Source of the DNA: an uncultured delta proteobacterium
GTDB lineage: Bacteria; Myxococcota_A; Polyangia; Polyangiales; Houyiibacteriaceae
Direction: 5' to 3'
DNA length: 64,000 nucleotides
Assembly: GCA_963699755.1 (NCBI GenBank)
Contig: CAVOVB010000004.1
Location: 32,001 to 96,000, forward strand
Under the pieces are notes generated by a model. It was not told the DNA's origin, made no database searches, and saw nothing but the letters and a program-made list of their open reading frames with translations. Position numbers and translations under genes: made by a program. Positions 38,400-48,469 of the stretch are shown in pieces. How positions within the stretch are numbered: position 1 is the stretch's first letter; each line of letters starts with the position of its first letter.

Positions 38400-39974
38400 A
38401 TGCCTAAATTCACTTTAGACGGCAAAGAGATCAGCTTCGAGTCCGGCGAGACCGTCATGCAGGCGGCCTGGCGTGAGGGCGTCGAGATCCCGCACTACTG
38501 CTGGCATCCCGGTCTGTCGATTGCGGCGAACTGCAGAATGTGCCTAGTGCATGTCGAGAGCGGCCGGCAGATGGAAATGCCGCAGCTCGTGTTCGACGAG
38601 GCCCAGGGTGAGTATGTGCCGGCCACCAAGCCCAAGCTTCAGCCGGCCTGCCAGCTCGCGGCCACCGACGAGATGGTGGTCTCGTCGACGAACGACGAGG
38701 TCAAAAAGGCGCAGGCGGCGGTGCAGGAGTTCTTGCTCCTCAACCATCCGGTAGACTGCCCCATCTGCGATCAGGCTGGCGAGTGCAAGCTCCAGGACTA
38801 CTACTACGAGCACCAGGGTACGGCGAAGCGGAAGCTCACCGAGCCGGTGCACAAGCCGAAGGGCGTTCGCTTCGGGCCGACCATCATCTATGACGCGGAG
38901 CGTTGTATCATGTGCACGCGCTGTATTCGGGTCTGTGACGAGGTCGCCAAAGACCACGTTCTCGACATGCGAGAACGCGGCAACCGCAATGAGATCATCC
39001 TCGCACCCGGCAGGGAGCTCGACCACAAGTACACGTTGATGACCGAGCACGTTTGCCCAGTCGGGGCGCTGACAAGCCAGGATTTCCGCTTCAAGGCGCG
39101 GGTCTGGTTCCTCAAATCGGCCCCAAGCGTCTGCACGGGATGCGCGACCGGCTGCAACACCCACGCCGACTATGACCCGCGCAACGGTAAGATCTACCGC
39201 CTTCGCCCACGCGATAACGAAGAGGTCAACAAGTTCTGGATGTGCGACGAAGGCATGATGACCTACATGCGCCACGATATCGATCGCCTGCTGATGCCAA
39301 CCGAGGGGCGCGGCGGAGAGCGGATGCCGCTGGGAGAAGGCGAAGCACTCGATCTCGCTGCTCAGAAGCTCAAGGCGGTGGACGGCGACAAGCTCGCGTT
39401 CGTCCTCAGCGCTCAGCACAGCACCGAAGACAATCTCGCGCTGGTGAAGCTCGCCTCCGCTCTGGGCTCTGGGGAGCTCTACCTGGCCGCGCTCGGCGGA
39501 TGGGAAGGCGACGACATACTCCGCAGCGACGACAACAACCCAAACCGCGCCGGCGCGACCCAGGCAGCCGGCGGTGCCCGCTTGAAGTCGGTGGCAGAGC
39601 TGATCGACGAGGTTCAAACGGGAACGGTGCAGGGGGTGCTCGCACTCGGCTGGGCCAGCGCCGAAGAGCTCGAGGAGCTAGCGCCTCTGCTTGCCTTGGA
39701 CGGGGTCATCTCACTCACGAGCCACCTCGGCGCGCTGCCCGCCGTCGCGTCCGTCGCCATTCCGGTTGCCGATACCTTCGAGATCGACGGGAGCTTTGTG
39801 AACGCCAAGGGCATGTCCCAGTCCTTCGGGCCCGTCTTGCCGAAGCCCGCCGGCGTCGACCCTGCTTGGAAGACGATTGGGGAGCTGGCGCGGAAGCTGG
39901 GCAAGGACCTCGGCTTCGAGGATCTCCCGGGCCTGCGCCAGGGCTTAGTGGACGCCGCGGAGGCAGCCCAGTGA
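38400..39974 (+). CDS. nuoG: NADH-quinone oxidoreductase subunit G (shortened C-terminus)
   Basis: IPHYC, CRMC, HPVDCPICDQAGEC, CIMCTRC, CPVGAL, CTGCATGC (N7-type). Confidence 0.9.
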   Translation: MPKFTLDGKEISFESGETVMQAAWREGVEIPHYCWHPGLSIAANCRMCLVHVESGRQMEMPQLVFDEAQGEYVPATKPKLQPACQLAATDEMVVSSTNDEVKKAQAAVQEFLLLNHPVDCPICDQAGECKLQDYYYEHQGTAKRKLTEPVHKPKGVRFGPTIIYDAERCIMCTRCIRVCDEVAKDHVLDMRERGNRNEIILAPGRELDHKYTLMTEHVCPVGALTSQDFRFKARVWFLKSAPSVCTGCATGCNTHADYDPRNGKIYRLRPRDNEEVNKFWMCDEGMMTYMRHDIDRLLMPTEGRGGERMPLGEGEALDLAAQKLKAVDGDKLAFVLSAQHSTEDNLALVKLASALGSGELYLAALGGWEGDDILRSDDNNPNRAGATQAAGGARLKSVAELIDEVQTGTVQGVLALGWASAEELEELAPLLALDGVISLTSHLGALPAVASVAIPVADTFEIDGSFVNAKGMSQSFGPVLPKPAGVDPAWKTIGELARKLGKDLGFEDLPGLRQGLVDAAEAAQ

Positions 39975-41386
39975 CCACGACCTTCCTCGTCGTCTCGTCC
40001 TTGGTCAAGGTATTGGTGATCCTCGTAATCACCGTCGGCACCTTCGCTCCGATCCTGATTTGGGCCGAGCGTCGACAGAGCGCCATGATTCAAGATCGCC
40101 TCGGCCCGAGTCGAGCCGCCATCACCCTTCCGGCCTCCGCCGTGGCTTTCATCGATCGTGTACGGCTCCCCATGTGGCGCCTCGCGGCCTTGACCGGCAT
40201 CGTGGCCATCGTTGCGCTGGTCACGCTCACCTTCATCGCCATCAAGGGAGACAATCCGCTCTCGATTTCGACCTCCGCACTGACGGCAACTCTGGTCGGC
40301 TTTGGCGCTGCGTCGATTCTGCTTCGCGCGGGCTACGGGGTGCACAGCATGATCGTCCGCAATGGTGGCAAGATCATGCTCCTCGGTCTTCTTCACCCCT
40401 TGGCGGACGCCATGAAGTTCATCTTCAAGGAAGACTTCGTCCCTCCAAAGGCTGACAAGCTCCTCTTCTCCGCAGGCCCGATCATCGCGCTCGTCCCAAC
40501 GATCGCTGCCTTCGCGGTCATCCCGTTCGCGAGCACGCTGCACTGGGACTACCTCAACCAGGTGCTCCCGCGGACCGGCGAAATCGCCGGCCCGGCGGTT
40601 CCCATGCAAGTCGCGAGCATCAACGTCGGCATCCTCTTCATCTTCGCCATCGCGAGCACCGGCATCATTGGCGCCGCGATATCGGGCTACGCCTCTGACA
40701 ACAAGTACTCTTTGCTCGGTGGCATCCGCGCCGCCAGCCAGATGGTCAGCTACGAGGTCGTGCTCGGCCTCACCCTCGTGCCGGCCTTCATGGTCTACGC
40801 CTCGCTCCGGCTCGAGGACATGGCGACCTGGCAGTACGACCACGTCTGGGGAGTCTTCATTCCGCCCCTGACCCTCGCCGCGATCAACTTCTTCGTCGCT
40901 GCGGTTGCCGAAACGAAGCGCGTTCCGTTCGACCTTCCCGAGGGGGAGAGCGAGCTGGTCGGAGGCTACCTCACCGAATATTCGGGAATGAAATTCGGAA
41001 TGTTTTTCATGGGGGAGTTCGTCGAGGTCGTCTCACTCGCTGCGCTGGCCTCCGTGATTTTCCTCGGCGGCTGGGACGTGCCGTTCCTCTACCGAGACGG
41101 CTTCGAGCTATCCCTCCCATTCGCCGCTGCGAGCGTCTCGGTGCCGCTCGTCCATTGGCTCGTCGTCGCCATTCAGTTCGTCGTCTTCCTCTTCAAGATC
41201 ATCGTTCTGATTTGGTTTCAGCTGATGATTCGCTGGTCGCTTCCGCGATTCCGCTACGACCAGCTGATGTCTCTTTGCTGGAAGGGCCTCCTGCCCGTCT
41301 CTCTGCTCAACATCCTGGTTGTCGGCGCCTTCATCCTCTCGGGTTGGCTCGAGGGCTGGGTCGCCTTTTTCGAGAAGATCTTCTGA
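39971..41386 (+). CDS. nuoH: NADH-quinone oxidoreductase subunit H with internal insertion
   Basis: ER...A.IQDR.GP, LAD..K...KED..P, Y.LLGG.RA.SQM.SYE, PFDLPEGESELV.GY, PRFRYDQLM. GTG start overlaps the nuoG stop. Confidence 0.95.
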   Translation: MTTTFLVVSSLVKVLVILVITVGTFAPILIWAERRQSAMIQDRLGPSRAAITLPASAVAFIDRVRLPMWRLAALTGIVAIVALVTLTFIAIKGDNPLSISTSALTATLVGFGAASILLRAGYGVHSMIVRNGGKIMLLGLLHPLADAMKFIFKEDFVPPKADKLLFSAGPIIALVPTIAAFAVIPFASTLHWDYLNQVLPRTGEIAGPAVPMQVASINVGILFIFAIASTGIIGAAISGYASDNKYSLLGGIRAASQMVSYEVVLGLTLVPAFMVYASLRLEDMATWQYDHVWGVFIPPLTLAAINFFVAAVAETKRVPFDLPEGESELVGGYLTEYSGMKFGMFFMGEFVEVVSLAALASVIFLGGWDVPFLYRDGFELSLPFAAASVSVPLVHWLVVAIQFVVFLFKIIVLIWFQLMIRWSLPRFRYDQLMSLCWKGLLPVSLLNILVVGAFILSGWLEGWVAFFEKIF

Positions 41387-41394
41387 GGTCGCCC

Positions 41395-41988
41395 ATGGCA
41401 GTCGAAGTCAAAGTCATCAAGAAGCCCCGCCGTACCGTCGCCGAACAGGTATATCTCCCCGAGATCGCCAAGGGCCTGAGCTTTGCGATGGGACGCTTCT
41501 TCAAGAACACCTTCGGCCCAGAGGCCAAAAAGGAAATCGCCACGGTCAGATACCCGGAAGAGACGGTCGAATACCCAGAGCGCTTCCGCGGAATTCATCG
41601 GCTCACGCATCGAACCGACGGCTCGCCACGCTGCGTCGCATGCCTTTGCTGCAGCACGGCTTGCCCGGCACAGTGCATTTACATCGAGCCGGCCGAGTAC
41701 GAGCCCGATGACCCGCGCTACGGCTACGAGCGCTTCCCAGCCGTGTTCACGATCGACGAGCTCCGCTGCATCTTCTGTGGCTATTGCGTCGAGGCCTGTC
41801 CCTGCGATGCCATTCGAATGGATACCGGTATGCACATGCCGCCTTCGACCCGACGCGAGGACTTCATTTTCGACAAGGACACCTTGCTTTCGATCCCAGG
41901 GCGCGATGGTTCTTTTGTCACCGCCAACCCCCGCCATGAGCCGGGCGATCCGAGCTACCCGGGGATCGACCGCGAGGGCGGCCACTGA
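41395..41988 (+). CDS. nuoI: NADH-quinone oxidoreductase subunit I
   Basis: T..YPEE, RFRG.H, CVAC.CC..ACP, CIFCGYCVEACP. Confidence 0.96.
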   Translation: MAVEVKVIKKPRRTVAEQVYLPEIAKGLSFAMGRFFKNTFGPEAKKEIATVRYPEETVEYPERFRGIHRLTHRTDGSPRCVACLCCSTACPAQCIYIEPAEYEPDDPRYGYERFPAVFTIDELRCIFCGYCVEACPCDAIRMDTGMHMPPSTRREDFIFDKDTLLSIPGRDGSFVTANPRHEPGDPSYPGIDREGGH

Positions 41989-41990
41989 CC

Positions 41991-42839
41991 GTGAGCGATT
42001 CGCGCGCGGCCAGCCGGACGGCGATCATGGTCGCCGCTTACCGCGGCAGGGCCTCGGCTGCGACGAACCCGGTCTGTGACGATCCATGGGCGCTTGGGCT
42101 CGCCGGAGCTGAAGGCGAAGCGCTTGCCCGTCGCTGGGACGAGCACTCACCTTCGATGGAGCTCTGGATGGGGCTTCGAACCCGGTATCTCGACGACTGC
42201 GTGAACCGGGCGCTCGATCGAGGCTTTCGTCAAGTCGCAATCCTCGGCGCCGGCCTCGACACCCGGGCCGCACGCCTCGGTCGCGACGGCGTCCGCTTCT
42301 TCGAGGTCGACCAGCCCGCCAGCCAGGCCGAAAAATATAAACGCCTTTCGAGGTTTGAGGCCTATCCGCTCGAAGCAGCGACATTCGTTCCGTGCGACTT
42401 CGAACGGGATGACTTCGTGCAGCTCCTCGAAAACGCCGGCCTCGACCGGCAGTCTCCGGTCTGCTTCGTCTGGGAGGGTGTGATCTACTACCTGCTCGAA
42501 GTGGCAGCCCGCTCCACGCTGCAACGCCTGGCCGCCGAATTCGACCCCCGCTCGCTTCTCGTATTCGATTACCTCAACAGCAGGATGGCCAAGTCGAGCC
42601 CACGGCTTCGCGAAGAGGACCGAGCGATGAAGGGCATCATCGAGGAGCTTGGCGAGCCCATGCAGTTCGGCATCGACGATCCGACGCCCCTGATGGCCGA
42701 GTGCGGCTATCGATTCCTTCGAACGATCTCCTTCGACGAGCTGGCCCTGCAATACACCGGGACCTACGCGCGTGAGCGCTTCTTTCGCTTTCAGGCGATC
42801 GCGCTCGCGAGCGCATCGGAGCAGATGTCCCTGTGGTAG
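41991..42839 (+). CDS. SAM methyltransferase, leucine-carboxyl-methyltransferase (LCM)-like
   Basis: RTRYLDD, QV.ILGAGLDTR, FEVD.P, WEGV..YL. Confidence 0.9.
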   Translation: MSDSRAASRTAIMVAAYRGRASAATNPVCDDPWALGLAGAEGEALARRWDEHSPSMELWMGLRTRYLDDCVNRALDRGFRQVAILGAGLDTRAARLGRDGVRFFEVDQPASQAEKYKRLSRFEAYPLEAATFVPCDFERDDFVQLLENAGLDRQSPVCFVWEGVIYYLLEVAARSTLQRLAAEFDPRSLLVFDYLNSRMAKSSPRLREEDRAMKGIIEELGEPMQFGIDDPTPLMAECGYRFLRTISFDELALQYTGTYARERFFRFQAIALASASEQMSLW

Positions 42840-43588
42840 AGAGGCGACGAATCGATGGTCGCGCGGTCACCTTCCGCCACGAGCCGGGCAGGGGGCCAGC
42901 GCTGGTCTGCATTCACGGTTCCGCAGACAACCACCACGTCTACGATCGGCTTCTCGACGAGATGCCGGAACGTGAGCGCTACGCGATCAACCTTCCGGGA
43001 CGGGCAGACACCGACGGTCCGGCGCTTGTCAGCGTGGCCGAGATGGAAGCGTTTGTGTCCCGTTTCATCGATGCAGAAGTAGAAGGGGACTACCTCCTGG
43101 TGGGCCACTCTCTCGGGGGTGGCGTCGCGATCGAGCACGCGCTCTCATGCGCATCGGAGCACCTCAAAGGCATCGTGCTACTAGCTACGGGCGCGCGTCT
43201 CCGCGTCCACCCCATGATCCTTCAGCTCTTCGAGCAAGCCGTGAAGTCCGGCGCTTCCATCTCGCCGCTCCCTCCGGGCCTCTATGAACAGGGCACGGAC
43301 CCTCGACTCGTCGCGGCTGCTTCGAAGGCTCGCGAGCTTACGCCCATCGAGACCGGTCACGCCGACTGGCGCGCCTGCGACAGCTTCAACCGCATGGAAG
43401 ACGTCGCCAAAATTCGAGTCCCCGCCCTTATCGTCACAGGCAGCAACGACGCCCTCACGCCAGTGAAGTACGGCCAATACCTCGGGGCTCAGATCCCCCA
43501 CAACAAGCTCTACATCCTAGATGGCGCTGGCCACATGCTGCTTACCGAACGCGCGGCCGAGCTCGCTACGCTCATGACCGCAAGCTAG
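42833..43588 (+). CDS. Alpha/beta hydrolase
   Basis: IHG, LPG, GHSLGG nucleophile, G..D..TP, AGH. Confidence 0.9.
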   Translation: MVERRRIDGRAVTFRHEPGRGPALVCIHGSADNHHVYDRLLDEMPERERYAINLPGRADTDGPALVSVAEMEAFVSRFIDAEVEGDYLLVGHSLGGGVAIEHALSCASEHLKGIVLLATGARLRVHPMILQLFEQAVKSGASISPLPPGLYEQGTDPRLVAAASKARELTPIETGHADWRACDSFNRMEDVAKIRVPALIVTGSNDALTPVKYGQYLGAQIPHNKLYILDGAGHMLLTERAAELATLMTAS

Positions 43589-43704
43589 CTGCCTGCCCAG
43601 CGAAGTCAGCAGGTAGAGCCCAGGCGAGTGGAGGGAAACTTCCGCCGTGGGCGTCCGATAGGTCTGGCATGGAGTCCACGGCCGCACTACGGTGCCTTCC
43701 GTTC

Positions 43705-45609
43705 ATGAGCGACATCGACTTGGCTTTGCGGGAGCGTTTTGGGCTTCCGGCCTTTCATCCCTGGCAGCGCGAAGCGATCGAGGAGCTCCTCGAAGGGCGG
43801 CGGCGGGTTGTGGTGATCGCCCCAACTGGTGGGGGAAAGTCGCTTTGTTACCAGCTACCTGCCGCCGTGCTCGAAGGCACCTCCATCGTCATCTCGCCCC
43901 TCATCGCACTCATGGAAGATCAGGTGCGAGCGCTCACGCAACGCGGAGTCGCGGCGACTTATCTAGCGTCGACGCTCGACCCGGATGAAGTGAAGAGACG
44001 GGAGCGCGAAATCTTCGAGGGCCGCTACCAACTCGCGTACGTGGCGCCGGAGCGCCTAGAGTCGCAGTGGCTCGTCGACAGGCTCGCGGCGATCCACCCC
44101 CCACTGCTCGCAATCGACGAAGCACACTGCATTTCCCAGTGGGGCCATGATTTTCGACCCTCGTACCTGAGGCTCGGCGAGGTCATCGAACGGCTGCAGC
44201 CTCCCCGGGTGATTGCCTGCACGGCGACCGCCACGCCGATCGTGCGTCGCGAAATTCAAGCGCGGCTTGGGCTCGATTCAGATCGGAGCGCCGTCATTTT
44301 GCGCGGTTTCTCACGCCCGAATCTTCATCTTGCCGTCGTAGAGAGCGATAGCTCCACCCAGAGGCGCAAGCTTATGCTTGGCGCGCTTCGGGGTGCGCTT
44401 GGAGCTCCCGCGAACCCCAAGGGGGGCGCCATCGTGTACGCGGCGACTCGGCGCAACACCGAGAACGTCGCGGAGGCCGTCGCCAAAGACGGTTGGCGGG
44501 TCGCCGCATACCACGCCGGGCTTTCTGCTGCCGTGCGCGAAGAGGTCAACCGGAGTTTCGCAGATCATTCGCTCGACGTAGTGGTCGCCACCAATGCATT
44601 CGGCATGGGTATCGATCGGGCTGACATTCGCACGGTGGTGCACGTGCAAGCGCCTGGCTCAGTCGAGGCTTACTATCAAGAGATAGGGCGCGCGGGTCGT
44701 GATGGGCAGCCTGCACATGGGCTCTTACTGACCAGCTCAGGGGACCTCGGGCTACGACGTCGCTTGATCGGCTTCACTGGCGGCCGAGATCCCGGCGGCC
44801 CAGAGGACCCCGCGCACGCTCAGCAGCAGTGGCGCCTCTTCCTCGATCTCATGCGGTACGTCGAAGCGGGGAGCTGCCGGCACGATTTCATTCTGCGCTA
44901 TTTCGGCGACGAGCAGGAAACCCTGGGCGGCTGCGGTCACTGCGACGTATGCGAGCGCCTCGAAGAGCGAGGCGAGGAGGGCGGGTCACGAACCACCTCT
45001 GAAGACGAGACCCTACTGGTGCGCAAAGCGCTCGCCGGTGTCGCGCGCAATCAGGGGCGCGCGGGGCTGACCGCGGTTTCAGAGATGCTTCATGGCACCC
45101 AGAGCGAACGCCTGCGTCGATTGGGGCTCACCGAGCTCAGCACGCATGGCTTGCTCAAAGAGTGGCCCAAGGCCTGGGTACTCGCCCTTCTGAGGCGGCT
45201 CATCACAGCGGGTCTCGTCGATCTCAGCACGGGTGAGTTTCCGATCCCTCATCTGACGACGCTTGGGGTGGCGACCATGAAAGGTGAAGAGCCGGTTCGC
45301 GTGCTCGTCCCCGACGAGGACGCTGGCCGCCCCCCATCGGCCAAGAAGGAACGCCGGCAGGGGAGCCGGGACCTCCCCGAGGACGTCGACGTGTCGCTCT
45401 TCGAAAGCTTGCGCGCGACACGTCTCGATCTCGCCCGCAAGAAGGGCGTTCCTGCCTATGTCGTCTGCCACGACCGAACGCTTCTTGAAATCGCCGCCTC
45501 TAAACCCACCTCGGTCGAGGCACTGGCCCGTATTCACGGGATGGGCCCCGCGCGCATCGAGCGCTACGGGGAGCCGTTCCTCGACACCGTGAACTCCCAC
45601 GCGCCGTAG
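43705..45609 (+). CDS. recQ: ATP-dependent DNA helicase RecQ (RQC + HRDC)
   Basis: PTGGGKSLCYQLP, DEAHCISQWGHDFRP, ATNAFGMGID, YYQEIGRAGRDG, CG.CD.C, HRDC VPAYVV. Confidence 0.96.
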   Translation: MSDIDLALRERFGLPAFHPWQREAIEELLEGRRRVVVIAPTGGGKSLCYQLPAAVLEGTSIVISPLIALMEDQVRALTQRGVAATYLASTLDPDEVKRREREIFEGRYQLAYVAPERLESQWLVDRLAAIHPPLLAIDEAHCISQWGHDFRPSYLRLGEVIERLQPPRVIACTATATPIVRREIQARLGLDSDRSAVILRGFSRPNLHLAVVESDSSTQRRKLMLGALRGALGAPANPKGGAIVYAATRRNTENVAEAVAKDGWRVAAYHAGLSAAVREEVNRSFADHSLDVVVATNAFGMGIDRADIRTVVHVQAPGSVEAYYQEIGRAGRDGQPAHGLLLTSSGDLGLRRRLIGFTGGRDPGGPEDPAHAQQQWRLFLDLMRYVEAGSCRHDFILRYFGDEQETLGGCGHCDVCERLEERGEEGGSRTTSEDETLLVRKALAGVARNQGRAGLTAVSEMLHGTQSERLRRLGLTELSTHGLLKEWPKAWVLALLRRLITAGLVDLSTGEFPIPHLTTLGVATMKGEEPVRVLVPDEDAGRPPSAKKERRQGSRDLPEDVDVSLFESLRATRLDLARKKGVPAYVVCHDRTLLEIAASKPTSVEALARIHGMGPARIERYGEPFLDTVNSHAP

Positions 45610-46385
45610 CCGACCACTTCATCGCGGCTTCCCGCGGTGTCGCCCGAGCTTCTGAGGTCCAAGGTCCGCGGGACGAGCCCGTGTCGTTGCGCCACCTGCA
45701 AGAGCCCCTGAATGCCCGTGCGGCCGCAGGCGTCTTCTGCATCGATGCGTTCCGGCGCAAATGATTCGATGGCCGATGCAGTCGCCTCGTCCATGCGCTT
45801 GGCGGTGTCGTAGTCGTGGTAATGGCTCAAGTCGGAGCTGATGACGATGAGTGTTTCATCGCCGCCCCAGAGCGCTTCCAGGACATTCGCCACCTGCGCT
45901 GGCGAGGCCCGTCCGACCGTGATTGGAAGAACGGCAAATGCGCCGAGCACCTCCTGCAGAAACGGAAGCTGAACCTCGAGCGAGTGTTCCCAGTGGTGCG
46001 CATCGTCGCGTACCTGGACATAGGGGAGACGCAGCACTTCGCGGCGGGCCGTTTCATCGATGGGAACCGACCCGAGCGGCGTTTCGAAGGCGGTGTCGCT
46101 GGGAACGGCCAAGCCGTCGAAAGGCAGACGATGACTCGGCCCGATCAGCACGACGCGCTTAACCAGCTCCCGTGCGCCCTCCAGCTGGACGAATGCCGTG
46201 GCGGCGACTGGCCCCGAGTACGCATAGCCAGCGTGTGGCACGATGAGCGCCTTCGGCCAGGGATCGCGCGCTGCGGAATCGCTGCGGGCCGAATCGAGCT
46301 GCTCGCGGACCACGGCGCGCAAAGCAGCCCCGCTCGCTGGATAAAACGAACCGGCGACCGCAGCTAATCGAACCCTGGCCACCAA
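45564..46385 (-). CDS. amrB: AmmeMemoRadiSam system protein B (MEMO1-like)
   Basis: AVAGSFYP, PHAGY.YSG, GPSH, EHSLEVQLPFLQ, SSDLSHY, SGD......VVGY. Confidence 0.93.
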   Translation of the reverse strand: MVARVRLAAVAGSFYPASGAALRAVVREQLDSARSDSAARDPWPKALIVPHAGYAYSGPVAATAFVQLEGARELVKRVVLIGPSHRLPFDGLAVPSDTAFETPLGSVPIDETARREVLRLPYVQVRDDAHHWEHSLEVQLPFLQEVLGAFAVLPITVGRASPAQVANVLEALWGGDETLIVISSDLSHYHDYDTAKRMDEATASAIESFAPERIDAEDACGRTGIQGLLQVAQRHGLVPRTLDLRSSGDTAGSRDEVVGYGAWEFTVSRNGSP

Positions 46386-46468
46386 CGAAATCTGAGCACG
46401 TTCGAGAACTTGTCAACGCGAGCGAGTCGGGCTTGCAAGTGAGACCCTGGATGCGCATCGTGTCTTTG

Positions 46469-47569
46469 ATGGTTCAACCCCTCAAATCAACGGTGGCGAC
46501 TGACTATTGGAGCCTGCTCGAGGACGGACGGGTTCTCTGCGAGCTCTGCCCGCGGGCCTGCAAGCTTGGTGAGGGTCAGCGTGGGCTCTGTTTCGTCCGG
46601 GCCCGCGAAGATGACGCGGTCGTGCTGACCACCTATGCGCGGTCGAGCGGATTCGCCGTGGACCCGATCGAAAAGAAGCCCCTCAACCACTTCCTACCCG
46701 GAACGCCGGTGTTCTCCTTTGGGACGGCAGGCTGCAATCTGACATGCAAGTTCTGTCAGAACTGGGACATCTCGAAGTCTCGCCAGATGGACACGCTCGC
46801 TGACGCGGCGGGGCCCGATGAAATCGCCGATGCGGCTGAGCGACTCGGCTGCCGGAGCGTGGCGTTCACCTACAATGATCCGGTGATCTTTCTCGAGTAT
46901 GCGCGCGACGTCGCCCATGCGTGCAAAGAGCGCGGCATCCGAACCGTCGCCGTGACCGCGGGCTACGTCAACCCTGCGCCGAGGGCCGAATTCTTTTCCT
47001 TCATCGACGCGGCCAACATCGACTTGAAAGCATTCGATGACGACTTCTACCGTCGGATCGCTGGCGCGCGACTCGAGCCGGTCTTGGACACGTTGCGCTA
47101 CCTTCGCCACGAGACCAACGTTTGGTTCGAGATCACCAACCTCGTGATACCCGGGCATAACGACGCAGACGACGACATTCGACGGATGAGCGATTGGATC
47201 GTCGAAGAGCTAGGTCCAGACGTGCCATTGCATTTCTCCGCGTTTCATCCGAGCTACAAGATGCTGGATGTGCCTCCCACCTCGCGAGCGGCTCTGCATC
47301 GAGCGAGGAGCATCGCCCGCGAAGCCGGAGCTCGTTACGTTTACACCGGCAACGTGCACGACCGAGAAGGTGACACGACGTATTGCGCTGCTTGCGGAAC
47401 ATCGCTGATCACCCGTGATTGGTATGAGATCCTGTCTTGGAACCTCGAGGAAGGAGCCTGTCCGGGCTGTGGCACTCGCTGTGCCGGCGTGTTCGAGGCG
47501 CAACGCGGGACCTGGGGCGCCCGCCGCCTTTCGGTCAAAATGGCGCCGGACGGAATCGCGCTCTCGTAG
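46469..47569 (+). CDS. amrS: AmmeMemoRadiSam system radical SAM enzyme
   Basis: C.LCPR.C, DPIEKKPL.HF.PG, GCNL.CKFCQNW.IS, TYNDP, PLHFSAFHP, YVYTGNV. Confidence 0.94.
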   Translation: MVQPLKSTVATDYWSLLEDGRVLCELCPRACKLGEGQRGLCFVRAREDDAVVLTTYARSSGFAVDPIEKKPLNHFLPGTPVFSFGTAGCNLTCKFCQNWDISKSRQMDTLADAAGPDEIADAAERLGCRSVAFTYNDPVIFLEYARDVAHACKERGIRTVAVTAGYVNPAPRAEFFSFIDAANIDLKAFDDDFYRRIAGARLEPVLDTLRYLRHETNVWFEITNLVIPGHNDADDDIRRMSDWIVEELGPDVPLHFSAFHPSYKMLDVPPTSRAALHRARSIAREAGARYVYTGNVHDREGDTTYCAACGTSLITRDWYEILSWNLEEGACPGCGTRCAGVFEAQRGTWGARRLSVKMAPDGIALS

Positions 47570-47581
47570 CTCGTCGCGTCC

Positions 47582-48469
47582 CTACGCCGCCGAGGCTCTG
47601 CCTTCGGGCACCGCGAGGATCTTGCCGAGGAAGTCGAGCACCGCGCGAATGCGCGCGCTGTCGCGAAGGTCTTTGTGGACGGCTTGCCAAATCTGACGCG
47701 GTTCGGGCGCGCCTTGGACTGGGAGACGAACCAGGTAAGGATCGTGATCGGCGACGAGGCAGGGGAGCAGGCCAATCCCGGTTCCTGCGACCGTCGCCGA
47801 GTAGGTGGCTGAGACGCTATCAGAGCGCAGCGCAACCCGGGCTCCGTCCATGCGCGCTTCGATCCAATCGTTTTCGCGGCGGAACGGACGAACGTTGGCG
47901 AAGAGAATCATCTGGTGCCCAGCCAGCGAGTCCTTTGGCAGGCCGAAGCGATCGACGTAACCAAGGGATGCGTACAGCCCTAGGTGAATGAAGGAGAGGC
48001 GCTTGATGATCAGATCCTCCTGCGTCGGGCGAGCCAGACGAAGAGCAATGTCGGCTTCCCGCCGGGCGAGGTTCACTTCCAGATTGGTGCAGTTGAGCTC
48101 GAGTTGGATCTCGGGGTAGCGCTCGCGGAAGCGATGTAGCTGCGGAGCGATGAATCGGGTGGTGAGCATTTCCGTCGCGGTCAGCCGCACCACGCCTTCG
48201 AGCTTCTGATCTTCGCCAGCGACGTCGCGCTCGACCCCGAGAGCCTCGCGCTCTATTCGTTCGGCGCGCGGCAGCAAACGGTGGCCGGCCTCGGTCAGCA
48301 CGTAGCCGTTGGGCGTTCGGTCGAACAGCCTCGCGCCGAGCTCCTCTTCGAGCTTGACGAGTCGTCGGCCCACGGTAGTTGGGTCCAGCGATAATGCAGT
48401 GCCCGCTGCGGCGAGCGTCGCGTGCCGTTGGAGCGTCAGGAAATAGCGCACATCGTCCCAGTTGAACAT
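47582..48469 (-). CDS. LysR-family transcriptional regulator
   Basis: NWDDVRYFL, TTV.RR...LE..LG..LF.R...G..LT.AG, EADIALR. Confidence 0.95.
   Translation of the reverse strand: MFNWDDVRYFLTLQRHATLAAAGTALSLDPTTVGRRLVKLEEELGARLFDRTPNGYVLTEAGHRLLPRAERIEREALGVERDVAGEDQKLEGVVRLTATEMLTTRFIAPQLHRFRERYPEIQLELNCTNLEVNLARREADIALRLARPTQEDLIIKRLSFIHLGLYASLGYVDRFGLPKDSLAGHQMILFANVRPFRRENDWIEARMDGARVALRSDSVSATYSATVAGTGIGLLPCLVADHDPYLVRLPVQGAPEPRQIWQAVHKDLRDSARIRAVLDFLGKILAVPEGRASAA

Noticed and set aside
39242..39970. N-terminal extension of NuoH in the 714-aa ORF
   Set aside because: It is an alternative-frame read-through of nuoG; the real start is GTG 39971, overlapping the nuoG stop.
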